Assembly (NCBI GenBank): GCA_900319705.1
Contig: ONPL01000001.1
Location: 1 to 60,222, forward strand
Reading direction: 5' to 3'
Length of the DNA stretch: 60,222 nucleotides
Source: an uncultured Pseudomonadota bacterium
GTDB lineage: Bacteria; Pseudomonadota; Gammaproteobacteria; Enterobacterales; Succinivibrionaceae
Notes under the pieces: model-generated
The model's input: only the letters and a program-made list of their open reading frames with translations
Databases searched by the model: none
What the model was told of the DNA's origin: nothing
In this document: in pieces, positions 31,085-42,163 of the stretch
How positions within the stretch are numbered: position 1 is the first letter of the stretch
Layout of the letters: every line of letters starts with the position of its first letter
Translations under genes and position numbers: made by a program

Positions 31085-31933
31085 ATGATTATTGCTAAAG
31101 ATATACCAAGTGCTGTTAATGAAGTTAATAACCTGAAAAAGCAGGGAGCAACCATCGCTTTGGTGCCTACCATGGGGAATTTACATGAGGGACACCTTAC
31201 ATTGGTCAGAGAAGCAAAAAAAGTTGCTGACAAGGTTGTGGTAAGTGTTTTTGTAAATCCTCTGCAGTTTAACAATGCGGAAGATCTTAAAAACTATCCT
31301 AGAACACTTGAACAGGATTTGGCAAAACTTGAACAGGAACAGGTTGATCTAGTATTTACCCCTACTCCACAGACCATGTACCCTAACGGAATGGAAAATC
31401 AGACTTCGGTTTTTGTTCCCAACATTTCGGATATGCTGGAAGGTAAATTGAGACCTGGGCATTTCAAGGGCGTATCTACAGTTGTCAACAAACTGTTTAA
31501 TATCGTAAGACCTGAATTTGCCATGTTCGGTCAGAAGGATTTCCAGCAGGTGGCAATGCTTAAACAGTTGGTCGAAGACATGGCCATCCAGGTTAAAATT
31601 ATCACTGTCCCTATTGTCAGAGATGCTGAAGGGTTGGCTCTGTCCTCAAGAAACGGACTTCTTACAGAAACTGATAAACCAAAAGCACATCTCCTTCATG
31701 CTGAAATTTCCAAACTGGCTGACAAGATCAGAAACGGAAACAGGAACTTCGAAAAACTTAAAGAAGATACTAGAGAAGCTTTGGATGCCTGCGGTTTCAA
31801 AACTGACTCGGTTGATATTGTCGACGCCTCAACTCTCGGCGACATCACCGAAAAAACCGTGGAAGCAGCAATTCTCGTTTCCGCTTATCTTGGCAAACCA
31901 AGACTTATCGATAACGAAGTTGTAAAGCTCTAG
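31085..31933 (+). CDS. panC: pantoate--beta-alanine ligase
   Basis: Start moved to 'MIIAKDI...'. 'ALVPTMGNLHEGHLTLV', 'VSVFVNPLQF', 'FGQKDFQQ'. The upstream 31 codons of the ORF-track frame have no homology support. Confidence 0.9.
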   Translation: MIIAKDIPSAVNEVNNLKKQGATIALVPTMGNLHEGHLTLVREAKKVADKVVVSVFVNPLQFNNAEDLKNYPRTLEQDLAKLEQEQVDLVFTPTPQTMYPNGMENQTSVFVPNISDMLEGKLRPGHFKGVSTVVNKLFNIVRPEFAMFGQKDFQQVAMLKQLVEDMAIQVKIITVPIVRDAEGLALSSRNGLLTETDKPKAHLLHAEISKLADKIRNGNRNFEKLKEDTREALDACGFKTDSVDIVDASTLGDITEKTVEAAILVSAYLGKPRLIDNEVVKL

Positions 31934-31957
31934 TTGCAGCTTCTGCCTGGTGTATGA

Positions 31958-31992
31958 GAACCGCCGTTCATTAAAACGGCGGTATTTTTCGT
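31958..31992 (+). terminator. intrinsic terminator after panC
   Basis: 'accgccgtt cattaaa aacggcggt' followed by 'atttttcg'. Confidence 0.8.
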
Positions 31993-32214
31993 CTCAACCA
32001 GTACCTGGCGTAACGCTATGCCGCCGCCCAGTGTTCCTATAACTTTTGCCGACCAGGACTATTTTTAATGGTGATCATGATCACGAATAATGATATAATG
32101 CACGTCGAATAAAAAGTGCTCACTCAGAACATTTTTCTGTTCATCGACAATGCTTGAAAAAAAGCTTGTTTACCGATTTACACACTACTCTGTTACAACA
32201 TATGAGGTATAAAA

Positions 32215-32595
32215 ATGCAAAGAATCATGTTGCGTGGAAAACTTCACAAGGCACGTGTTACCCATGCGGTGCTTAACTACGAAGGATCTTGTAGTATCGA
32301 TCTGGATCTGCTTGATGCCGTAGGTATTTTGGAAAATGAACAGATTGATATATACAATGTTGATACAGGTGCACGTTTTCATACCTATGCTATTGCTGGC
32401 GAACGTGGTTCCAAAATGATTTCATTGAACGGCGCCGCTGCTAGAATGGCAGCTGTAGGTGACACTGTCATCATAGCAGCCTACGGAGTTTTTGACGATG
32501 AAGAGGCAAAAAAACATCATCCTAAACTTGTTTACCTCGATGAAAAAAACAACATCGTGAGAATCGGCAAAAGTATCCCTGTCCAGTTAGCCTAA
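32215..32595 (+). CDS. panD: aspartate 1-decarboxylase proenzyme
   Basis: '[38 protein letters not shown]' includes the G-S self-cleavage site; near-colinear with E. coli PanD. Confidence 0.95.
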   Translation: MQRIMLRGKLHKARVTHAVLNYEGSCSIDLDLLDAVGILENEQIDIYNVDTGARFHTYAIAGERGSKMISLNGAAARMAAVGDTVIIAAYGVFDDEEAKKHHPKLVYLDEKNNIVRIGKSIPVQLA

Positions 32596-32605
32596 TAAAT
32601 TCGAT

Positions 32606-33208
32606 ATGACTGGAAATATTAGATTAATAGTAGGGCTTGGCAACCCCGGTTCGGAATACGAACATACACGCCACAACACCGGTGCCGATTTTGTTCAGAA
32701 GCTTGCAGACAGGCTTAATGTCAGTCTGAGAGAGTCCGGCAAATATTACGGCTTATACGGAAAGTTATCATCAGGTCAGACCGACATTCACTTTCTGCTT
32801 CCGACAACCTTCATGAATCTCAGTGGAAAAGCGGTGGGAGCTCTCGCCACCTTTTTTAAAATTTCCCCCGAGGAAATTCTAGTAGTCCAGGATGAACTGG
32901 ATCTTCCTCCGGGAAGAATGAAACTGAAAATAGGAGGCGGTCACGGAGGTCACAACGGGATCAAGGATATTGTACGAAGTCTTGGGAACAACGGCAATTT
33001 CTACCGTCTTCGGATCGGAATAGGGCATCCAGCCGATCGCTCCCAGGTTGTAGGCTTTGTACTTAACCGGGCACCGGCAAGTGAACGAGACATGATCGAA
33101 GAGGCAATGCTCGGAGCTCTGCCAGTTATAGAAAAAATCAATAATGCAGGAATCGACAGAACAATTAATTCCATTAACGGGTTTACCTGCAGTAAAAACA
33201 AGGAGTAA
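32606..33208 (+). CDS. pth: peptidyl-tRNA hydrolase
   Basis: '[20 protein letters not shown]', 'GGGHGGHNG'. Confidence 0.93.
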   Translation: MTGNIRLIVGLGNPGSEYEHTRHNTGADFVQKLADRLNVSLRESGKYYGLYGKLSSGQTDIHFLLPTTFMNLSGKAVGALATFFKISPEEILVVQDELDLPPGRMKLKIGGGHGGHNGIKDIVRSLGNNGNFYRLRIGIGHPADRSQVVGFVLNRAPASERDMIEEAMLGALPVIEKINNAGIDRTINSINGFTCSKNKE

Positions 33209-33213
33209 TAAAA

Positions 33214-34305
33214 GTGGGTTTTAATTGCGGTATTGTAGGATTACCAAATGTAGGAAAGTCAACGCTGTTTAACGCTCTGACAAAAGCAGGAATTGAGGCA
33301 GCTAATTTCCCTTTCTGCACAATTGATCCAAACACAGGTGTTGTTCCTGTACCGGATCCAAGACTGCAGGCACTGGCAGACATTGATCATCCTCAGAAAA
33401 TAGTTCCTACATCAATGGAATTTGTGGATATTGCAGGTCTGGTTAAAGGAGCATCCAAGGGCGAAGGCCTTGGAAACAAGTTTCTGACCAACATCAGAGA
33501 AACCGATGCCATTGCACATGTTGTGAGATGTTTTGAAGATCCGAACATAATTCACGTAAACGGAAAGGTAAACCCTGCCGATGATATAGAAACCATAAAC
33601 ACAGAACTTGCACTTGCTGATTTGGAATCCTGTGAAAAAGCCCTTGCCAGGGTAAGCAGGAAAGCCAAAAGCGGTGACAAGGAAGCTATTCTTGAGATGA
33701 AAACTCTCGAAAAGTGTATGCCTGTACTCTCCGAAGCCAAAATGCTGAGAACTCTTGATCTGAGCGAAGAGGAACTTCACTCAATTGCATACATAGCATT
33801 CCTGACACTCAAACCGGTAATGTATATTGCCAACGTAGCTGAAGACGGTTTCAAGAACAATCCTCTACTTGAACAGGTTGAAAAAATTGCAAGAGAGGAA
33901 GGTTCCGTTGTGGTTCCGGTTTGTGCTGAAATTGAAGCCGAACTGGCAGAAATGGAGGAAGGCGACCGAGCCGAATTCATGCAGGAGCTGGGAATAGATG
34001 AACCAGGACTAAACAGAGTTATCAGAGCAGGCTACAAATTACTGAATCTTCAAACATTCTTTACTGCCGGCGAAAAGGAAGTCAGAGCGTGGACCATTCC
34101 AGTAGGTGCAACAGCTCCGAAAGCAGCAGGTAAAATTCACACCGATTTTGAAAGAGGCTTCATCAGAGCACAGACAATTGCATTTGATGACTACATCAAA
34201 TACAACGGTGAAGCCGGCGCCAAGGAAGTTGGTAAAATGAGAGCTGAAGGAAAGGACTATATAGTACAGGATGGTGATGTAATAACCTTCCTTTTCAACG
34301 TATAA
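33214..34305 (+). CDS. ychF: ribosome-binding ATPase YchF
   Basis: GTG start. '[23 protein letters not shown]' is nearly identical to the E. coli N-terminus; TGS-like C-terminus. pth-ychF pairing is conserved. Confidence 0.95.
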   Translation: MGFNCGIVGLPNVGKSTLFNALTKAGIEAANFPFCTIDPNTGVVPVPDPRLQALADIDHPQKIVPTSMEFVDIAGLVKGASKGEGLGNKFLTNIRETDAIAHVVRCFEDPNIIHVNGKVNPADDIETINTELALADLESCEKALARVSRKAKSGDKEAILEMKTLEKCMPVLSEAKMLRTLDLSEEELHSIAYIAFLTLKPVMYIANVAEDGFKNNPLLEQVEKIAREEGSVVVPVCAEIEAELAEMEEGDRAEFMQELGIDEPGLNRVIRAGYKLLNLQTFFTAGEKEVRAWTIPVGATAPKAAGKIHTDFERGFIRAQTIAFDDYIKYNGEAGAKEVGKMRAEGKDYIVQDGDVITFLFNV

Positions 34306-34328
34306 ACCTTCATTAAACATTTCTGTGT

Positions 34329-34363
34329 AGTCCCGTAGTTTGATGCCGCGGGACTTTTTTATT
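34329..34363 (+). terminator. intrinsic terminator after ychF
   Basis: 'agtcccg ...12 nt... cgggact' followed by 'ttttttatt'. Confidence 0.75.
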
Positions 34364-34517
34364 GTTTTTATCAGACGTGATAACCTATTACTGCGTCCAT
34401 CTTTTTGGCAGACTGTTTATTTATCATGGTTGACCTTTTTTATTTGACATAAAGTAGCATAAACACACAAAAAACGAATATCAACGACAATACATAATAT
34501 TATTGGAAAGAGAAGGT

Positions 34518-34592
34518 TGGCTGGGGTACTAGGATTCGAACCTAGGTATGGCGGAATCAGAATCCGCTGCCTTACCGCTTGGCTACACCCCA
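34518..34592 (-). tRNA. tRNA-Gln (anticodon CTG), copy 1
   Basis: Minus strand 'TGGGGTGTAGCCAAGCGGTAAGGCAGCGGATTCTGATTCCGC...TACCCCAGCCA'; close to E. coli tRNA-Gln2. Anticodon loop is TT-CTG-AT. Confidence 0.92.
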
Positions 34593-34724
34593 ACAGTTAA
34601 GAACGAACCATGAACGACTGCCTAAAAAGGAGCATCAAGATTCACAAAGTCAATGCTACAATTCAATTGCCTTAAAATTTGAAGACTAAGGGTAACATAT
34701 GAGATTGGGAGGATTGGCTGGGGT

Positions 34725-34799
34725 ACTAGGATTCGAACCTAGGTATGGCGGAATCAGAATCCGCTGCCTTACCGCTTGGCTACACCCCAAACACTAAAA
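34725..34799 (-). tRNA. tRNA-Gln (anticodon CTG), copy 2 (identical to copy 1)
   Basis: Same 75-nt sequence as 34518-34592, separated by a 132-bp spacer. Confidence 0.92.
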
Positions 34800-34817
34800 C
34801 GCTAGTGAAGCAAGGAA

Positions 34818-34894
34818 TGGTGGCTATGATGGGACTCGAACCTATGACCCCCGCATTATGAGTGCGATGCTCTAACCAGCTGAGCTACATAGCC
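34818..34894 (-). tRNA. tRNA-Met (anticodon CAT, elongator type)
   Basis: Minus strand 'GGCTATGTAGCTCAGCTGGTTAGAGCATCGCACTCATAATGCGGGGGTCATAGGTTCGAGTCCCATCATAGCCACCA'. Resembles E. coli elongator tRNA-Met, including the 51-63 A-C mismatch. Confidence 0.88.
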
Positions 34895-34903
34895 ACTTCT
34901 TTA

Positions 34904-34978
34904 TGGCTGGGGTAGCAAGATTCGAACTTACGAATGGCGGGATCAAAACCCGCTGCCTTACCACTTGGCTATACCCCA
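34904..34978 (-). tRNA. tRNA-Gln (anticodon TTG)
   Basis: Minus strand 'TGGGGTATAGCCAAGTGGTAAGGCAGCGGGTTTTGATCCCGC...TACCCCAGCCA'. Anticodon loop is TT-TTG-AT. Confidence 0.92.
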
Positions 34979-35255
34979 TCCGTTTAAGATTGCTTCATCT
35001 CAAAACGTGGTTGCATTATCGTAGTTATTTGCTTTCTCGTCAACACCTTTTTTGTAATATTTTATTACATGGTTAATTTATAGGCTATTTATTCTGATAA
35101 TTCAGTAAAGCCAAAGTTTTTTGCGTCTTATTCACCCTTACGGAGTTCCGGATATTTCAATTTCCCTTTTTTAAATTTGTGCGATATATCGATCTATGTT
35201 TAAACTTCTTAGTCTATAATCTTCAAGAGTGGTATAAATCTGTTTGGAGTTGGAC

Positions 35256-36617
35256 ATGGCACGAGATCAAGGATATCTGGTATCCTATATTTCCAAGTTG
35301 ACCGAATACTGTGATGTTCTGCTTTTAAAGAGCTGCTACATGATCGGTATCGATGAAATAGTAAAAAATATCATAAATTCCGATGTCAACTACATCAATC
35401 TTGCATCCCCAGTAATCAACGCAAACATTAAGGACAATCCTGAATCTTTCGTTGCTTCGCTTTCAACAGACAAAGTAAATGTACTGAACAACATACAGTA
35501 TGCCCCGGAGATTATCAGTTTCATCAGAGCAAGATATGCTCATACCCAGAAGATCGGTAGCAGAGAACGCCTTAAAATCATTTTTGCAACGTGTGCGGAA
35601 ATTCCTTATCTCGAAGTTCTCCATGAAATTCTGCAGGAGAAGATGTTTGAGACGAAACTGTATACCAGTTCTGTAGCGGAGGTTAAAAACTACAATACCA
35701 ATATTCTAGATAAACTGTACACTCCTAAAATCAGGGAGGGGCTTTATGATGATTTCGATCTGTACCAGATAATCAAGGAATCATCCTTCCCGGATCTGCT
35801 TCACTATAAAGAGCCGGCAGATTTTTTCGATCTGCTGATGAATATGATCATAAGTGAAAACTTTAGTTTCCTCTACAAGTTGAATTCTCCAAGCAAATCT
35901 ATCCGTCTGATGGAGAGTCTTGCAAAATATGTTGGCCGGGAGATCAGTCACCGCAGGATCTGTGATGAGATCCGCCTTGATGATATAACATATCCGACAT
36001 ATTATCAGGCAATTCTTAATTCATTCCTCGGATTTGAATTATTTGCACTTCCAAAGAAACTGTACGTAGAATCAGAAAAGAACAAAGACATCTGGGATGA
36101 GGAGACGAAAGCAGAAGTTGCCAAGGTATCGGACTACCCTGAGCACAGTTCAAAATTCTATTTCATTGATGCAAACCTATTGGCATATCTGCTGAAAGTT
36201 GAAATCAATCCTAAACTGTACGGCAATTTTGTTCAGTTCAACCAGATGTTCCAGAACTTCGTGGTTGCCGAGCTAATCAAAAACACCAGTGCCAACATCG
36301 GTTCAAAGCTGTACTATCTGCACGATGAGGGAGTAAATTTCGACGTTATTCTCACCAGGGAAAACTCAAACTGCGTTGCATTTAAAATCCGCAGCACTGA
36401 TCATTACACACAGAATGATATCGATGAATTTGAAAAACTTAGAGAAATGCTCGGAGAACATTTCCACCGCGGGTATGTAATCTATCTAGGAAAAGAAGTA
36501 AAACAGATTGCTCCTGATATCTACACCATTCCCTTAAACTACCTCTGGAGTTCGATTAAAACTGTATACGAGGAACCTGTTTGCGAACCGGAGACGCAGG
36601 AACCAATTTCAGCATAA
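35256..36617 (+). CDS. COG1373-type (AAA_14 + DUF4143) protein lacking Walker A and Walker B
   Basis: Colinear with the family. P-loop position reads 'VLLLKSCYMIGIDEI' (no GxxGKT) and Walker B position reads 'VNVLNNIQYAPEI' (DE->NN). DUF4143 hallmarks are kept: 'KFYFIDANLLAYLL', 'NFVVAELIK', 'LYYLHDEGVNFDVIL'. Confidence 0.65.
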   Translation: MARDQGYLVSYISKLTEYCDVLLLKSCYMIGIDEIVKNIINSDVNYINLASPVINANIKDNPESFVASLSTDKVNVLNNIQYAPEIISFIRARYAHTQKIGSRERLKIIFATCAEIPYLEVLHEILQEKMFETKLYTSSVAEVKNYNTNILDKLYTPKIREGLYDDFDLYQIIKESSFPDLLHYKEPADFFDLLMNMIISENFSFLYKLNSPSKSIRLMESLAKYVGREISHRRICDEIRLDDITYPTYYQAILNSFLGFELFALPKKLYVESEKNKDIWDEETKAEVAKVSDYPEHSSKFYFIDANLLAYLLKVEINPKLYGNFVQFNQMFQNFVVAELIKNTSANIGSKLYYLHDEGVNFDVILTRENSNCVAFKIRSTDHYTQNDIDEFEKLREMLGEHFHRGYVIYLGKEVKQIAPDIYTIPLNYLWSSIKTVYEEPVCEPETQEPISA

Positions 36618-36670
36618 ACACTCATGGCAATATGGTATAATATCCCCAGTTTGATCTAGGAATTTAATAA

Positions 36671-37999
36671 TTGAAAGCAAAAACATACCATATAAAAACC
36701 TGGGGATGCCAGATGAATGAATACGACTCTGCTCGTATTGCTGATCTGTTGACTCACCATGGTCTTGAAGAGGCAGGCAGCGTAGAGGATGCGGATTTGA
36801 TAATTCTGAACACCTGCGCAGTAAGAGAAAAGGCAGAAGTAAAACTGTACCACCAGCTAGGCAGATGGAAAGGACTCAAAAAGAATAATCCTGCTAAGAT
36901 TTTTGCCGTGGGCGGATGTGTTGCATCGGAAACCGGTAAGCAGATCAGAGCCCGTGCTCCTATTGTAGATATAATCTTCGGACCTCAGACATACCACCGT
37001 CTCCCAGAAATGATCCAGCGACTAGAAGCCGGACAGGGCCCCCAGATCGACGTTTCTTTTCCACAGGTTGAAAAATTTGATTATCTTCCTAAAAATTCAG
37101 CTTCAACGGCAAGCGCCTACGTTACCATAATGGAAGGCTGTTCTAACTTCTGTACCTACTGTATTGTTCCATATACAAGAGGCAAGGAATCAAGCCGTAA
37201 AGTGGATGATATTCTTTACGAAATCTACCAGCTGGTACAGAACGGCGTTAAGGAAATTCACCTTCTTGGACAGAATGTCAACTCATTCCAGGGTCTTAAC
37301 CATGACGGAAGCATTTGTTCCTTTGCCGAACTGCTGTACCTTGTAAACGAAATCGACGGCATTGAAAGGATCAGATTTACAACATCCAATCCAATCAAGT
37401 TTACCCAGGACATAATAAATGCATACAGAGATCTGCCAAAAATTGTAAATTCACTCCACCTCCCTGCACAGAGCGGTTCTGACAGAATTTTAAAACTTAT
37501 GGGACGTCCTTATACTTCTGACGACTACCGTGACATTATCCGGAGACTGAGAATGGTTCGACCTGATATAAGCATCAGTTCCGACTTCATTGTCGGTTTC
37601 CCTAGTGAAACAAGAGAGGACTTTGAAGAAACAATGCGACTGATCGACGATGTACGTTACGACGGAAGTTTCAGTTTCATCTATTCCAAAAGGCCTGGAA
37701 CTCCGGCAGCGCAAATAGAAGATCCTATTACCCTCGAAGAAAAGAAAGAAAGACTAAGCATACTGCAGCAGAAGATCGACAGTCTTGCACTCCAGTACAG
37801 CCGCGAAATGATGGGCACTGTACAGAGGGTGGTAATCGACGGGAAGGCGCAGTACGGAAATCTGCTGTGCGGAAGGACAGAAAATAACAGAAACGTAAAC
37901 TTTGAAGGTCCTGATTCACTAATCGGGACACTTGCAGATGTGGAAATTACCGAAGTAATGCCGCATTCACTGAAGGGAAAACTAGTAGTAAATAAGTAA
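36671..37999 (+). CDS. miaB: tRNA-2-methylthio-N6-dimethylallyladenosine synthase
   Basis: TTG start. '[15 protein letters not shown]', radical-SAM '[11 protein letters not shown]', C-terminal TRAM domain. Confidence 0.93.
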   Translation: MKAKTYHIKTWGCQMNEYDSARIADLLTHHGLEEAGSVEDADLIILNTCAVREKAEVKLYHQLGRWKGLKKNNPAKIFAVGGCVASETGKQIRARAPIVDIIFGPQTYHRLPEMIQRLEAGQGPQIDVSFPQVEKFDYLPKNSASTASAYVTIMEGCSNFCTYCIVPYTRGKESSRKVDDILYEIYQLVQNGVKEIHLLGQNVNSFQGLNHDGSICSFAELLYLVNEIDGIERIRFTTSNPIKFTQDIINAYRDLPKIVNSLHLPAQSGSDRILKLMGRPYTSDDYRDIIRRLRMVRPDISISSDFIVGFPSETREDFEETMRLIDDVRYDGSFSFIYSKRPGTPAAQIEDPITLEEKKERLSILQQKIDSLALQYSREMMGTVQRVVIDGKAQYGNLLCGRTENNRNVNFEGPDSLIGTLADVEITEVMPHSLKGKLVVNK

Positions 38000-38000
38000 T

Positions 38001-39053
38001 ATGACAAGCCAAAAGAATACAACCAGAGTTGCTCTCGAACCTGCAAACATTGACAGAATACAGATGCTGTGCGGGCCGTTTGACGACAATTTAAAACAGA
38101 TAGAAAAGAGACTGTCAGTCAGCATTGACTACAATCTTAATGAATTTGAAATTACCGGCAGTGATTCAGGATGTAACGCTGCCAAAACCGTACTGCAGAA
38201 ACTTTATGTTGACACTGCCCCGATAAAGGGAGAGGCTCAGGATATCACGCCTACCCAGGTAAACCTTGCACTGGTGGAATCCAGGATCCTGGATCAGAAT
38301 GACGATGACAACGACGAGGACAATCCCTACAGTGTCCAGTACGGAAAGGAAGTAAACATAAAAACAAAGAAGGGCGTGATCAAGCCACGCACTCCTAATC
38401 AGGCTCAGTACGTAAAAAACATCGTAGCCAACGACATTACTTTCGGGATCGGGCCTGCCGGTTCAGGAAAAACATATCTTGCAGTGGCAGCTGCTGTCGA
38501 CGCTCTTGAAAGACAGGAAGTTCGCCGTATTCTACTGACACGTCCGGCCGTTGAAGCCGGGGAAAAACTCGGGTTTCTTCCGGGAGACTTGTCACAGAAG
38601 GTTGATCCGTATCTGCGCCCGCTCTATGACGCTCTGTTTGAAATGCTTGGATTCGAGCGTGTGGAGAAACTGATGGAGAGGCAGGTTATAGAAATCGCTC
38701 CGCTGGCATACATGAGAGGAAGAACTCTGAATGATTCCTTTATCATCCTGGACGAAAGTCAGAATACAACCATAGAACAGATGAAAATGTTTCTGACCCG
38801 AATCGGTTTCAATTCAAAGGCGGTTGTCACCGGCGACATTACACAGATCGATCTTCCTCGCAACGTAAAATCAGGGCTGAAACATGCCGTTGAGGTTCTA
38901 AACGGAGTTGAGGGTCTTTCTTTTAATTTCTTCGAAGCAAAAGATATCGTGAGACATCCTGTCGTAGCAAGAATTGTAAAAGCCTACGAAAAGAATGAGG
39001 AAAATGAAAGAAGAGAAAAGGAACAGAAAAAACAGGACGAATCAAGACAATGA
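38001..39053 (+). CDS. ybeZ: PhoH-like ATPase YbeZ
   Basis: Walker A '[11 protein letters not shown]', 'ILDESQNTT', '[12 protein letters not shown]'. Sits in miaB-ybeZ-ybeY order. Confidence 0.93.
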   Translation: MTSQKNTTRVALEPANIDRIQMLCGPFDDNLKQIEKRLSVSIDYNLNEFEITGSDSGCNAAKTVLQKLYVDTAPIKGEAQDITPTQVNLALVESRILDQNDDDNDEDNPYSVQYGKEVNIKTKKGVIKPRTPNQAQYVKNIVANDITFGIGPAGSGKTYLAVAAAVDALERQEVRRILLTRPAVEAGEKLGFLPGDLSQKVDPYLRPLYDALFEMLGFERVEKLMERQVIEIAPLAYMRGRTLNDSFIILDESQNTTIEQMKMFLTRIGFNSKAVVTGDITQIDLPRNVKSGLKHAVEVLNGVEGLSFNFFEAKDIVRHPVVARIVKAYEKNEENERREKEQKKQDESRQ

Positions 39054-39550
39054 GCGTTACAGTAGATTATCAGGTGGCCCTCGGAAATTCCGACGAATAT
39101 GAATTTGACTGTGCTGCACTTAATATTCCCACCAAAGAAGAAATTCAGAATATTGTAGACACCGTGATCAGCCGATTCATGGATGAAGCTGAACTGACCA
39201 TCCGAATCGTAACAGAACAGGAAAGCCACGAGCTGGATCTGACCTACAGAAACAAGGATCGCCCAACCAACGTACTTTCCTTCCCGTATGAATATCCCGA
39301 AGGATTCCCGGAACCGGAAATGAAACTTCTCGGAGATCTGGTAATCTGCAAAAAAGTTGTTGAACGAGAAGCCAGGGAGCAGAACAAGGATCTCAAGGCA
39401 CACTATACCCACATGATTGTCCACGGCTGTCTTCATTTACTCGGATACGATCACATCACCGATGAAGAAGCTGAGGAAATGGAAAATCTTGAAAAGGATA
39501 TTCTAGTGAACTCTTTTCATTTACCAAACCCGTACCAGGATGAGGAGTAA
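39050..39550 (+). CDS. ybeY: rRNA maturation endoribonuclease YbeY
   Basis: Zn motif '[15 protein letters not shown]'. Overlaps the ybeZ stop (ATGA). Confidence 0.93.
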   Translation: MSVTVDYQVALGNSDEYEFDCAALNIPTKEEIQNIVDTVISRFMDEAELTIRIVTEQESHELDLTYRNKDRPTNVLSFPYEYPEGFPEPEMKLLGDLVICKKVVEREAREQNKDLKAHYTHMIVHGCLHLLGYDHITDEEAEEMENLEKDILVNSFHLPNPYQDEE

Positions 39551-39562
39551 GGATTACAATTT

Positions 39563-40423
39563 ATGGCAGACTATCCCTCTAGTAGCAAGGAAGAAAACCT
39601 AATAGACAAAATTACCGGTTTATTCCAGACAGAACCGGAAAATATCGAAGAACTGACAGAAATCATTCAGACCGCTTCAAACAACAATGTCATCAATCAT
39701 GACACACTGAAGATGATCGAGGGTATTTTCGAACTCTCAAAATTAAGAGTAAGAGATATTATGGTTCCTCGTTCATCCATGGTTACCGTAATGATCAACG
39801 ATCCGTTTGACACTCTCTTAAAAAAGGTTACTACCGCCGGACACTCCCGCTATCCAGTTCTGAGTGACGATCAGGAACACATTGAAGGACTGCTTCTTGC
39901 CAAAGATCTGCTTAATCCTGTTGATGCCAACGAGCAGTTCGACATAAATAAAATACTCCGTCCGATAATGGAGGTTCCGGAAAGTAAAAGACTCGATTTT
40001 CTATTGAAGGACTTTCAGAAAAAACGCTATCATCTGGCTGTGGTAATAGATGAATTCGGTTCTTTTTCCGGAGTCGTCACCATTGAAGATGTTCTTGAAA
40101 TAATTGTCGGAAAAATCGGAGACGAATATGATGACACTTCAGACGACAGTGCGGATATACGAGAGGTCGGAAAGGATCTGTACCTAATCAACGGAATGAC
40201 ATCAATCGTTGACTTTAATGAATACTTCAACGTAAACATTGACAACAATGATGTGGAAACAATTGCCGGTATTGTCATCAGCGAACTTGGCCATATTCCA
40301 AAAGTCGGAGAACAGGCCAAAGTTCAGAAGTTTGAAATTAAAGTGCTCAGTGTTGACAAAAGAAGAATAAACATGCTCCAGGTTAAAGTTGACAATGAAG
40401 AAAGCCCGCAGGAGCAGAATTAA
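39563..40423 (+). CDS. corC: CBS-pair / CorC_HlyC domain protein (Mg/Co efflux-associated)
   Basis: 'VRDIMVPRSSM', 'SRYPV', 'HLAVVIDEFGSFSGVVTIEDVLEIIVG', C-terminal transporter-associated domain. Confidence 0.9.
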   Translation: MADYPSSSKEENLIDKITGLFQTEPENIEELTEIIQTASNNNVINHDTLKMIEGIFELSKLRVRDIMVPRSSMVTVMINDPFDTLLKKVTTAGHSRYPVLSDDQEHIEGLLLAKDLLNPVDANEQFDINKILRPIMEVPESKRLDFLLKDFQKKRYHLAVVIDEFGSFSGVVTIEDVLEIIVGKIGDEYDDTSDDSADIREVGKDLYLINGMTSIVDFNEYFNVNIDNNDVETIAGIVISELGHIPKVGEQAKVQKFEIKVLSVDKRRINMLQVKVDNEESPQEQN

Positions 40424-40440
40424 CATCGGATGCCATAATA

Positions 40441-42024
40441 ATGAACTTACGGAACCACCCTCATCTAAAAAACATTCTGATTGCTGTATGCGGAGGAGTT
40501 CTAGGAACCTTTGCCTTCGCTCCGTATAATTTCAGCTTCAGTATTCTGATTACTGTATTTACTCTCAATTACTTCTGGTATCAGAAAAAATACCAGGCAA
40601 GGTATACATTTCTGACTCTCGTATCATTGATCTATCCGACCGTTTTCTGGCTGAATACCAGCATGACGGAGTATTCGGATGTTCCTATGGCAGTAGCAGC
40701 AATAGCCATTCTGCTGCTGTCAGCATACCTGAGTCTGTACCATACAGTGCTGATCTACATTGCCAACAAAATGTTCCGCGGGCAGATTTTTATCAAAAAT
40801 GTTCTTCTGATCCCTGCACTCTGGATTATAGCAGACTATCTGGCAGGTAATATGTTCACCGGTTTTCCGTGGGTCTATATCGGCTACACCCAGACAGACA
40901 CCTTTATGAACGCCCTGGCACCTATCGGCGGTGTTTACCTTATTACTATGGTTATCCTGGTATCTGTTGCTCTGTTCTGGTATGCCCTTACAACTAAAAG
41001 AATTATTTCTTACACGTTTTCCGTTTTGGTTTTCGTACTGCCGCTGTTTCTCGGTAATCTGCAGTTCACGGAATCATTGGAACCGATCAGCGTGGCAATG
41101 GTACAGGGAAATATCAGCCAGGAAATCAAATGGGATCCATCAAAAGCTCAGGATATTTTTACCACCTACTATGATGAATCAAGACCTTATTTTTCCGGTG
41201 AAAAGAAGATTGATCTTCTAATTTGGCCGGAATCAGCTGTTCCAGACCTAGAAAATTTCGTTGAATTTCTGCTTGTTTCACTGGACGATCGAGCCCTAAA
41301 AAACAAATTTGCCTTTGTTACCGGGATCCAGACCTACAGCGTCAGCACCAAGAACTACTATAATGCGGTTATCGGCCTTGGATTGAAAGATCCTGAAGGA
41401 AGACTGCTCTACCAACCATTCGAAAACAACAGATACTATAAAAGGCACCTGGTTCCGATCGGGGAAAAGGTTCCGTTTGAGGAACTACTGCGGGAATACG
41501 GTTCATTCTTCAATATGCCGATGTCTTCTTTTACTCCCGGTGATACCATCCAGCCTAACATAATTGCAGCAGGTCATAAAATAGCCACAGCCATCTGCTA
41601 TGAAATTGCATATCCGAATGAAATGCTCGATAACATACATGATGATACCTCAATACTGCTGACCGTAAGTAATGACGGCTGGTTCGGAGTGCCCCCGAAA
41701 GGCACCTCATCATACAGGTTATCACGAGGACCTCTACAGCACGCCAACATAGCCAGAATGAGAGCTCTGGAATTTCAGAAGCCGGTAATCAGAGCAACAA
41801 ACACAGGTCTGTCTGCTGTATATGATCACGATGCAAATGAAATAATGAGACTTCCGTTCTATCAGGTTTCCTCGGGAGAAGTACATCTGACACCGATGGT
41901 CGGATCCACCCCGTTTGGAAAATACGGTCTGTTAATCATTTTTTCCATCGTCAGTCTCATGCTGTCAGTGTCATTCTTATATCTGCTGATGAGCATTATG
42001 ACTAAAGAAAGGAAACTATCGTAA
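40441..42024 (+). CDS. lnt: apolipoprotein N-acyltransferase
   Basis: Multi-TM N-terminal half and a nitrilase-like domain with 'LLIWPESAV', 'AICYE' and 'SNDGWFG'. Confidence 0.92.
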   Translation: MNLRNHPHLKNILIAVCGGVLGTFAFAPYNFSFSILITVFTLNYFWYQKKYQARYTFLTLVSLIYPTVFWLNTSMTEYSDVPMAVAAIAILLLSAYLSLYHTVLIYIANKMFRGQIFIKNVLLIPALWIIADYLAGNMFTGFPWVYIGYTQTDTFMNALAPIGGVYLITMVILVSVALFWYALTTKRIISYTFSVLVFVLPLFLGNLQFTESLEPISVAMVQGNISQEIKWDPSKAQDIFTTYYDESRPYFSGEKKIDLLIWPESAVPDLENFVEFLLVSLDDRALKNKFAFVTGIQTYSVSTKNYYNAVIGLGLKDPEGRLLYQPFENNRYYKRHLVPIGEKVPFEELLREYGSFFNMPMSSFTPGDTIQPNIIAAGHKIATAICYEIAYPNEMLDNIHDDTSILLTVSNDGWFGVPPKGTSSYRLSRGPLQHANIARMRALEFQKPVIRATNTGLSAVYDHDANEIMRLPFYQVSSGEVHLTPMVGSTPFGKYGLLIIFSIVSLMLSVSFLYLLMSIMTKERKLS

Positions 42025-42065
42025 CATATCCGTGAAGAGATAAAAAACTGAAAGAATTGATAATT

Positions 42066-42118
42066 AAAAAAAGGAACAGAAAGTCTCTGTCTCAATATGA
42101 TTTATTCTGTTCCTTCAT
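42066..42118. terminator. possible bidirectional terminator (lnt / L,D-transpeptidase)
   Basis: 'aaggaacagaa' / 'ttctgttcctt' 11-bp stem, large 23-nt loop, A-run and T-rich flanks. Confidence 0.5.
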
Positions 42119-42163
42119 AACATAAGAAAAGGTCCCAGCTAAACCTGGAACCTCAGCCGGATA

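Noticed and set aside
30961-31275. 104-aa minus-strand ORF, and the 31-codon N-terminal extension of the panC ORF (30992-31084).
   Set aside because: PanC homology begins at 'MIIAKDI' (31085). The extension 'MSTSGNCLCELKKGGRGNPD...' and the antisense ORF have no family resemblance and overlap the spacer discussed separately.
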